15,440 nt of DNA, from NCBI GenBank assembly GCA_009859145.1, contig VRVR01000043.1, positions 4,261-19,700 of the forward strand, read 5' to 3'. Shown here in pieces: positions 9,701 to 15,440 of this stretch. Position numbers and translations under genes: made by a program. How positions within the stretch are numbered: the first letter of the stretch is position 1; every line of letters starts with the position of its first letter. The notes under the pieces were generated by a model. That model did no database searches. It had not been told where the DNA came from and saw only the letters and a program-made list of their open reading frames with translations. Origin of the DNA: Andalucia godoyi And28. Its lineage: Eukaryota > Protista > Jakobida.

Positions 9701-12700
9701 CAGCGGGACACAAGTTTGAAACCGTCAGGGAAGCTGCGGTCGTATTTTCCGGACTGCAAAACGATCCGGCAGTGCACACCGAACACCAACCCGCACTCCC
9801 TGCTGAATACGAGCCCTGAGGACAGGCCTCTGGAAACGCAGATCCCGACGGACACTGTTTTCCTGTAGGACAGGAAATACACTGCGCCTGAGAAGAGCGG
9901 TTGTAAGACGGATTGTACGTACCGGCACTGCAGGGATAATACCCCGCATAACCAGTGCCGGGGCAATACTGCCCCAGCGGGCATGCAAAGCAATCTGTGG
10001 ACAGCGCCAGAGAAGAGACATTCGACCACGTTCCTGCAGGACACGGAAATTGCATGGATTGAGAGGTATTCGTCGGGCAATAGTACCCCGGATAGCAAGT
10101 TCCGGAAGGCGTCGAACCACCCCCGCTGCACCAGTATCCTGCAGGACATGGGGTGCACTGCTGCGGGTCGTACAACCCAGAAGACGCCGAATACGTTCCA
10201 GGATGACAAGGATATTGATAGGGAATCGCAGCGGCTCGTTCCACATAGTTCTCATATCGAATGTCTGACGATGCATCCACTCCAGGACAATAATGACCCT
10301 GCGCGCAAGACTGAAGCGGGGTGAATGAAGAGCTTGGACAGTACTTGCCCTTGTGGCAGACGTTGCACTCTCCCTCACGTGTAAGGTTCGTTCTATCTGT
10401 ATACGTCCCAGGCGGGCATGGTAAAGAAAAGGCAGCAACCGTTCCCGGTGGGCAGTAATATCCTTTTGCACAAGGATATACAGTACCGCTAGTCATCGCA
10501 GCAAACGGGCAGGACCACCCAGGCTCACAGAGTTTGCACGACTGAAGAACTTGCAGTCCCTGAGAATCACCATACTTACCAGCCGGACAGGGAATTGGAT
10601 CTGACGATCCAGCAGTACAGAAGTAGCCCATCGGACAGATGATGCACGACGCATTTGATGCCTGATTGGGAGACGGCTGGTAGTAGCCCGCAGGGCATGG
10701 AAACTGGTTTGGTTGCACAGTGCCAACGGGGCAGTAATGACCGGTTGCGCATGCAACCGCCGTCCCGGAAGACGAAGCCAAGGGACATGCATACTGAGCA
10801 GGGCAGGCCAGACACGAAGACTCCGAAAAACTTCCTGTCGAAGGATTATATGTTCCAGCCCTGCAGGGAATTGGTGCGAGAGAGACATCTGGACAATAAT
10901 GCGCAGCAGGGCAAGTCGTGGCGGAAACTGATCCTGGAACGCAATAGGATCCTTGAGGACAAGCATAGCAATCAGCGCTAGAAGTACCGCCTGTCCGATT
11001 TAGGAATGTGCCCGCTGGACAGAATATTTCCACCGCCGTTCCGCCAGGACAGTATCGACCCATCGAGCAGATTCCGCTGGAAGGAGTGGCAGAAATGGAG
11101 CCTGGGCCGCAAAAATACCCTTTGGAACACTCCAGGCATACTATGGAACCATTGGTGGAATATCGACCCGCAGGACAAATGCTCGGGGAATTTGTTTTCG
11201 TGGGGCAAAAGTATCCCCCGGGGCACATCAGACAAGAGCTACGTGCCAGAACGTTCGCATAGTATCCTGTTGCACAAGGAACTGGGGCAAAATCACGGGC
11301 TGCATCCGCAACGTAGTACCCCAGCGGAGATGGGACGCAAGCAATGCGAGCACCATCCGAATAGTATCCAGAAGAACACGCAGCAATCGACGTGCCATCC
11401 GCATTAGGGCATTGAAACCCGGCTGGACAGACAGAGCAGAATGATTTCCCAGCAGTCGAATACGTTCCAGAAGGACAAGGTGCTGGAACCATTGTTCCTG
11501 TACGATCTGCGCAATAGTATCCGGCTGTGCAATTTGTGCACGACGTAGCACCTCCAACGGAATAGGAGCCAGCAGAGCATGGCACTAATGTTTCAGTGGT
11601 GGTGACTGGGCAAATGTACCCGGCAGGACAGGTAACGCAGGCAAAACTTCCCGCCAACGAATACTGACCGGAGGAACAAGCAACCGGAGTCGAAGTGCGG
11701 GAAGCACACCGATAGCCTGCTGGACAGATAGAACAGTTGAAACTCGAGGAACCCGAATACGTTCCAGGAGGACACTCGAGCTGCAGTGGAGAATCGACAG
11801 AAGGGCAAAAGTAACCAGCAGTGCATGCAGTGCAAGAAATAGATCCCGCAACAGAGAATGTCCCAGCAGAACACTGCGTGATAGAGGAGCCACTGGTGGA
11901 CGGACAAATGGATCCGGCAGGACAGAGGGTGCACGAAATCGCACTGCCCGTGGAATATGATCCGAGAGGACAAGGAGATGGTGGAAGATGGGGCTCCAAA
12001 CAGAAATACCCGGTGGGGCAGTCGGAACAATTCGTTTGAGAAACAGCGGGTTGATACGTGCCCGGTGAACAAAGGACAGGAACGGAGGTCGTGGTCGGGC
12101 ACATATACCCAGAAGGGCAGTTCGTGCACTTGACAGAGCCCGCCACCGAATACTGGCCCGCAGAACAAGCGATTGGAGCGGCAGAAGCACTAGGACACTG
12201 AGAACCAGCAGGACAAACAGTGCAAGTAGGCGTTGCAGAACCGCCACCGAGCGAATAATATCCAGTCGAGCATGCCGCAGGAGGAAGAGTGGCAGTCCCG
12301 CACTCGTATCCAGCCGGACATACGGTGCAATCCATTTGGCCGTTCAAAGAATATGAATTCGCAGCGCAAGATACGGGTGACGATGAAGTGGAAGCGCAAG
12401 AGTATCCAGCCGGACATGCAAGGCACGACACAGAACCTGATGAGGAATATTCAGAGGCAGGATCGCAAGAATATCTCGTTGTGGGATTCGGGCACGCGTA
12501 TCCAGCTTCGCATGTAGTGCACGTAGTAGAGCCTCCCAGAGAATACGTTCCTAGCTGGCACTCAACAGGTATCTGCGGCGACACGCACTGGTAACCTCGC
12601 GGGCACGGTAGACACAAGGACGCTCGATCAAATGAATAGCTTCCAGCCGAGCAGGCCGAACATGTTGTGGATTGTGGAAACATGGCATACGTGCCGGCAG

Positions 12701-13238
12701 TGCAGTTTATGCACGACGCAGAGCCAGCTGACGAGTACGTCCCTGACGGACATACCGAACAAGCAGACGAGCCTCCTGCAGAAAAGAATCCTGCGGCACA
12801 GAGCACACATGAAGTCGACGCAGAAGACGCAGAAATAGATCCGTCGGGGCACGACAGACACATCGATTGGCCCAAGGACGGCTGATATTGTCCTGCAGGA
12901 CACGGCACGGGTGCTGTGGAAGCCGAAGAGAATTGAAATCCCGGTGGAACAGTGGAGCAGTTTGCAGATGCAACTCCATCTGCATATGTGTTACCCGAGC
13001 ACGCAATGCAACTCGACGAACTCGTTGCGTTCTGCACAGGCTGAGCAGTGCCTGCAGAACAAGGAACGGGGCTGGTGGCGCCGCCGGTGCAGTAGTAGCC
13101 AACAGGGCAGTCAAAACATGAAGTAGTCACTGTTGGATTGTAATACGTACCCGCGCTGCACTGTGCAAATGCATACTCCAATCGACAACAATAAACAATA
13201 AACAGAGCGATCGCAAGCCGAAACTTGCCCGACATCAT
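6750..13238 (-). CDS. Giant secreted cysteine-rich repeat protein (GCC2/GCC3 / Ephrin_rec_like-type CPxGxYC repeats), 2162 aa, apparently C-terminally truncated
   Basis: Single uninterrupted ORF. The probable start is MMSGKFRLAIALFIVYCCRLEYAFA-Q (ATG at 13238, signal peptide); the 71 upstream in-frame codons include a translated microsatellite (HTHTHT). The whole mature chain consists of CPAGxYCPxGxxxPxxCxxGT(Y/F)...CxxC units, about 1 Cys per 8-10 residues in segments counted, with many N-x-S/T sequons. No transmembrane or catalytic domain before the stop. Confidence 0.92.
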   Translation of the reverse strand: MMSGKFRLAIALFIVYCCRLEYAFAQCSAGTYYNPTVTTSCFDCPVGYYCTGGATSPVPCSAGTAQPVQNATSSSSCIACSGNTYADGVASANCSTVPPGFQFSSASTAPVPCPAGQYQPSLGQSMCLSCPDGSISASSASTSCVLCAAGFFSAGGSSACSVCPSGTYSSAGSASCINCTAGTYAMFPQSTTCSACSAGSYSFDRASLCLPCPRGYQCVSPQIPVECQLGTYSLGGSTTCTTCEAGYACPNPTTRYSCDPASEYSSSGSVSCLACPAGYSCASTSSSPVSCAANSYSLNGQMDCTVCPAGYECGTATLPPAACSTGYYSLGGGSATPTCTVCPAGSQCPSASAAPIACSAGQYSVAGSVKCTNCPSGYMCPTTTSVPVLCSPGTYQPAVSQTNCSDCPTGYFCLEPHLPPSPCPLGSYSTGSAISCTLCPAGSICPSTSGSSITQCSAGTFSVAGSISCTACTAGYFCPSVDSPLQLECPPGTYSGSSSFNCSICPAGYRCASRTSTPVACSSGQYSLAGSFACVTCPAGYICPVTTTETLVPCSAGSYSVGGATSCTNCTAGYYCADRTGTMVPAPCPSGTYSTAGKSFCSVCPAGFQCPNADGTSIAACSSGYYSDGARIACVPSPLGYYVADAARDFAPVPCATGYYANVLARSSCLMCPGGYFCPTKTNSPSICPAGRYSTNGSIVCLECSKGYFCGPGSISATPSSGICSMGRYCPGGTAVEIFCPAGTFLNRTGGTSSADCYACPQGSYCVPGSVSATTCPAAHYCPDVSLAPIPCRAGTYNPSTGSFSESSCLACPAQYACPLASSSGTAVACATGHYCPVGTVQPNQFPCPAGYYQPSPNQASNASCIICPMGYFCTAGSSDPIPCPAGKYGDSQGLQVLQSCKLCEPGWSCPFAAMTSGTVYPCAKGYYCPPGTVAAFSLPCPPGTYTDRTNLTREGECNVCHKGKYCPSSSFTPLQSCAQGHYCPGVDASSDIRYENYVERAAAIPYQYPCHPGTYSASSGLYDPQQCTPCPAGYWCSGGGSTPSGTCYPGYYCPTNTSQSMQFPCPAGTWSNVSSLALSTDCFACPLGQYCPGTGYAGYYPCSAGTYNPSYNRSSQAQCISCPTGKQCPSGSAFPEACPQGSYSAGSAGWCSVCTAGSFCSPENTTAASLTVSNLCPAGFYCPAGTAVVPTTPAFDCGVGQYCPAGTSAPVKCSPGSYNPSTRIFSAAQCVPCPAGSYCIEGAAAPTAECATGYYCPQNSTGPQQVACPGGTFRNITGARSVSDCIQCPAGYYCPNATANPVLCPLGSFCIAGSYKASFCPVGTYGSVTGLQNLSDCRSCDAGSFCDTTGLTVPRGKCNAGYYCLSGASSSAPVNMLCPSGGVCTVGAPFPEPCAAGTFSNASGGISQSDCSSCTPGYYCAGSSNPFPTGKCLPGYYCTGGAVSPYQFEAPPGYFTGSGASAPSPCPSGTFNTLYKQSSCPPCPAGFYCPQASTSVLLDCPIGAYCLNGTFAPPLCPSGTFQPLSNAVSLSQCMSCTPGLYCSTNGLAAPDGTCEAGFYCSGGAVNSKQFVCPVGSYCPAMSISPIPCPRGTYSNSPQQTQVSDCQYAPIGSYVDVQGSTSVTGTCAAGYYCSGGAQTDRPMNSSFGGGICPVGTYCPAGASAALPCADGMYQSLVGQSSCVQCPAGYYCVNSSSAPIPCPPGFACPSGTGASWLSCPSGTFSNRSTLSVTSDCFLCTGGKYCNSTAQVAVTGSCAAGYYCRSGAVSPFAALAAISGAAGGACPVGAYCPLGSAEPVLCPAGTFNPYTGSTNATACLPCSPGWYCLVAGLSAPTNSCSAGYYCSASAYTPTPMDNITGSICPAGFYCPTGSIYPTTCAAGTYQDVPGSSACQECPAGFYCPTGTILPWLNVCPQGYYCPAGTNFSLQFPCSPGTYNNLTQQASSQACRACEAGMYCQGSANVLPTGVCDAGFFCNSSSASKQQHGCVRGYYCPAGSSSMRSCDGGQVCDSSYLSAPSGGCSAGWYCSIGAFNSTPEDGITGAKCPVGHFCPANSSSPLPCPVGTYSPSVGLVSSSQCSNCSAGSYCATPGLSSPSGPCDPGFYCPVGSIQKDPPFTQCPVGYFCGIGSSSAAMCQNGTYQDMPQQSVCKNCPPGLFCVYPS

Positions 13239-13278
13239 TTCTTCCTGTAATGTGTGATTGATTGATGATTGAGAATGA

Positions 13279-13284
<6 letters not shown>

Positions 13285-13314
<30 letters not shown>
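13285..13314. repeat. (GT)15 microsatellite about 47 nt upstream of the Cys-repeat gene start (putative 5' UTR/promoter)
   Basis: 30 nt of perfect GT repeat read directly. Confidence 0.95.
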
Positions 13315-13315
<1 letters not shown>

Positions 13316-13634
13316 GGGTAGAGAATAATAAATAACCGGATAATGGGTGAAACCTTAATGGAAAGAGCGCGCAGTAGAGGTCATGCGCAATCGCACTGTG
13401 AACCTTCTCGAATAATGTGATGATGATGCTCAGCAGAACGATCGCAGACACAAATGAAATGGTGAGAACGAAATGAAAACTGGTGTCCTTTTATCTTGTC
13501 ACGAGGTTCAGAAACTCAATTCGTAACAGGTTCGGAGCAGAAGCAACTGTTTGTAGAAGTTGATGCTTAATGACAGTCGGTGTGCTCCGATGCTCTGAAT
13601 GTCGGAGGATCTCTGAGCGCGCGCCTGCCTATTA

Positions 13635-13736
13635 CACTGAACATGCGTATATACGAAGAGACATGCATATTTCAATCTTGCGTCCCGTTGCCGGGAAAAG
13701 GGATAGGCCCCAACACGCCACACGGCGTTCTTCAGA
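13635..13736 (-). ncRNA. Putative Fanzor2/TnpB omegaRNA scaffold (element right end); boundaries approximate
   Basis: Directly 3' of the TnpB-like stop, the minus strand has consecutive stems: ACGCC-GTGT-GGCGT (13715-13728), GGGG-CCTA-TCCC (13700-13711), TCCCG-GCAA-CGGGA with a GNRA tetraloop (13683-13696) and ATATGC...GCATGT (13641-13670). This is the position where TnpB/Fanzor omegaRNAs are encoded. Confidence 0.55.
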
Positions 13737-13949
13737 TTAAATGCTCCGCGCTCCGCGCTCCCGTTCCCAATCTCGATCAATCTGTGAGCTACACGCGGGA
13801 CATGCAAACACTTTGCTTCCGCCTAGACGTGCACGGATCTCACCGCAGCGCCCGCACGTTTTGGGCATGTACTCCTCCGTGACGGTGGCAACATGGCGCT
13901 CGTGATACTCGGTCGCGTTATGGAACAAACGTTGCAAAAAGTGAAACCA
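13737..13949 (-). pseudogene. Fanzor2 / IS607-TnpB-like RNA-guided nuclease, C-terminal relic (RuvC-II region, Zn ribbon, RuvC-III); weaker frameshifted similarity may extend to ~14090
   Basis: Reads WFHFLQRLFHNATEYHERHVATVTEEYMPKTCGRCGEIRARLGGSKVFACPACSSQIDRDW...GARSI, matching the Fanzor2-type pattern WSHYxFxQRL...VxExYTSKTCxxCG...LGGSKxFxCxxC...DRDxNGARNI. Four Zn-ribbon Cys at 13854, 13845, 13800 and 13791; DRD at 13770-13778. No RuvC-I (DPG) motif or N-terminal lobe is visible. Confidence 0.88.
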
Positions 13950-14268
13950 AAAAACGACCGTGTCTGTTTATGTATACTTCCGCATGCATGACAATGACGT
14001 GTCATTATTGAACAGTTGCATGATGTAAAGATCGACTGGGCTTGGGTTCGCAAAACATTAAACAATTAAAATGACATAGTAGACGGGGGACGCCTTTCTG
14101 ATGGGCCGTGAACACTCCCCGGCTTGCACAAATTAAAAATAAATTAATTAATTAAAAAGACGACACGAGACTCGAAGCTGACAGACGTCTTTTGTGTTGT
14201 GTTGTCCAACTTGCATTTTCGTCTTGTATGATCTTGCAAACAACAAATGCCGCAATACTATTTAAAAT

Positions 14269-14350
14269 GTAAAGTTCTCCCTCTCTCTCGACGGCAGTCG
14301 TTGGTTGTTTTTGTTCTTTTATTTGTATATGCATCTGCTTTCTTTTGCAG
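14269..14350 (+). other. Possible 5' UTR intron of the catalase gene
   Basis: GTAAAG donor-like site, a pyrimidine-rich body and TTTCTTTTGCAG acceptor. An in-frame TAG at 14388-14390 means the catalase frame cannot extend through this acceptor, so the intron would be untranslated. Confidence 0.3.
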
Positions 14351-14393
14351 GATTTCAAACGTCACAAGAAACCGTCTTGTTCAGCGATAGGAT

Positions 14394-14702
14394 ATGAATA
14401 CACACACTCCGCTGGAAACAGTGGAAAAGGTGATCACGTACATAGGGTCCTCTGCAGCACCATCTGCGGAAGCACCATTGCATCCAGCCCACCGGGACGC
14501 TCGATTGCGAATGGACATCGATGCGAATGGTGAAAGGGCGCTCATGACAACAGACACTGGCGTCAGAGTGACCCAGGATCAGTACGAAAACTCCCTGAAG
14601 GCTGGCGTTCGGGGACCGACGTTGTTGGAGGATTTCATTCTTCGTCAGAAGATCATGCATAACGACCACGAACGGATTCCAGAACGAGTGGTGCACGCAA
14701 GA
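14394..14702 (+). CDS. katE: Large-subunit (clade 2) heme catalase, coding exon 1
   Basis: [53 protein letters not shown] aligns with E. coli [55 protein letters not shown]. Distal His at 14694-14696. The symbol denotes the family (KatE/HPII-like), not proven orthology. The start ATG is the first one after an in-frame stop. Confidence 0.9.
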
Positions 14703-14847
14703 GTATGTAACCTTTTCTCGCCCCCCACTTTCCCCCTCTTCTTTGTTGCTTCCTGCGCGATACTGTTCGTTTCTGTTTCATGCACAGTGAATAGTGGATT
14801 AATTCAGCGTCTTTTTCTGCATGTTTGCAATTTCAATTTTGTGATAG
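14703..14847 (+). other. Spliceosomal intron (145 nt, phase 0) in the catalase gene
   Basis: GTATGT...TTTTGTGATAG. Removing it joins VVHAR to GSAAHG exactly, restoring the HARGSAAHG catalase motif. Confidence 0.93.
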
Positions 14848-15440
14848 GGTTCCGCGGCGCACGGATTCTTTGAGGTGTACGACGATTCTATGAAGGCATT
14901 CACTGCAGCAAAGTTCCTGACTGACCCCAGCAGACAGACACCCGTGTTCACGCGATTCTCTCCAGTGTTCAGTCACCGCGGCTCGGCGGACACCAACCGC
15001 GCGACGATTGGATTCGCCACCAAGTTCTACACGGACGAGGGAATCCAGGATTTCGTCTTCAACAACCAGCCGGTGTTTTCCTTTGTGGATGCATCGCGAT
15101 TCCCCGATCTTGTGCATGCTGGCATGGAATCTGCGGATAGCGGTATCAATACGACAACCACCGCGCATGACGAGTTCTGGGACTTTGTATCCCTTATTCC
15201 CGAGTCGATGCACCATGTCATGTGGATTCTGTCCGGGCACGGAATTCCGCGCTCGTATCGCACAATGAAGGGATTTTCGGTCCATACCTACCGATTCGTC
15301 ACCGAGGATGGAAAGGGCACTTTTGTCAAATTCCAATGGATCCCGGTCCTCGGTACTCGCGCTCTTGCCTGGGAAGAAGCGAAAATGTTGACCGGCATGG
15401 ACGCGGATTTCCACAGACGAGACCTGTGGGACGCGATTTC
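14848..15440 (+). CDS. katE: Large-subunit (clade 2) heme catalase, coding exon 2 (runs off the window end; absent from the ORF track)
   Basis: Open frame from 14848: [11 protein letters not shown]...[18 protein letters not shown]...[33 protein letters not shown]...[45 protein letters not shown]...[25 protein letters not shown], colinear with HPII ~131-330. AHDx[12 protein letters not shown] and [12 protein letters not shown] are large-subunit signatures. Confidence 0.93.

Noticed and set aside
6509-13126. Numerous 60-330 aa ORFs overlapping the Cys-repeat gene, including 6509-7507 (+, 332 aa)
   Set aside because: Antisense and off-frame by-products of a GC-rich repetitive CDS; Arg/Ser-rich and without recognisable domains.
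13239-13451. 71-codon in-frame N-terminal extension of the Cys-repeat ORF
   Set aside because: Starts at a GTG, translates through the (CA)n microsatellite, and a good signal peptide begins at ATG 13238.
14703-14873. Hydrophobic C-terminus of ORF 14394-14873, resembling a TM segment
   Set aside because: It is read-through into the pyrimidine-rich intron; splicing restores the catalase frame.
14833-15414. 193-aa minus-strand ORF
   Set aside because: Antisense shadow of catalase exon 2.
1-15440. CRISPR arrays, tRNA or rRNA genes
   Set aside because: No regularly spaced direct repeats, cloverleaf or rRNA-like sequence seen; the repeats in 6750-13238 are diverged protein-level repeats.

Overview
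Eukaryotic, intron-poor, standard-code DNA, most likely from a protist (the organism cannot be named from the sequence). From left to right: (1) a frameshifted hAT/DUF659-type transposase relic on the minus strand (~180-1566); (2) ~2 kb with no assignable gene (1567-3731); (3) an intronless, secreted KP-43/Tag-like S8 subtilase (3732-6593, +) with an intact D/H/N/S active site, two Cys-rich inserts and a GPI-like tail; (4) a convergent, intronless ~2160-aa secreted GCC2/GCC3 (Ephrin_rec_like)-type Cys-repeat protein (13238-6750, -) that stops mid-repeat with no anchor; (5) a Fanzor2/IS607-TnpB-like C-terminal relic (~13737-13949, -) followed directly by a multi-hairpin segment resembling an omegaRNA scaffold; (6) the 5' part of a large-subunit (clade 2, KatE-like) catalase with one GT-AG intron (14394 to window end, +) carrying unusual substitutions at near-invariant active-site channel positions. 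Best leads: a possibly intact orphan Fanzor omegaRNA behind a dead nuclease, and the divergent catalase. All family assignments are by eye from motifs; no searches or folding programs were run.
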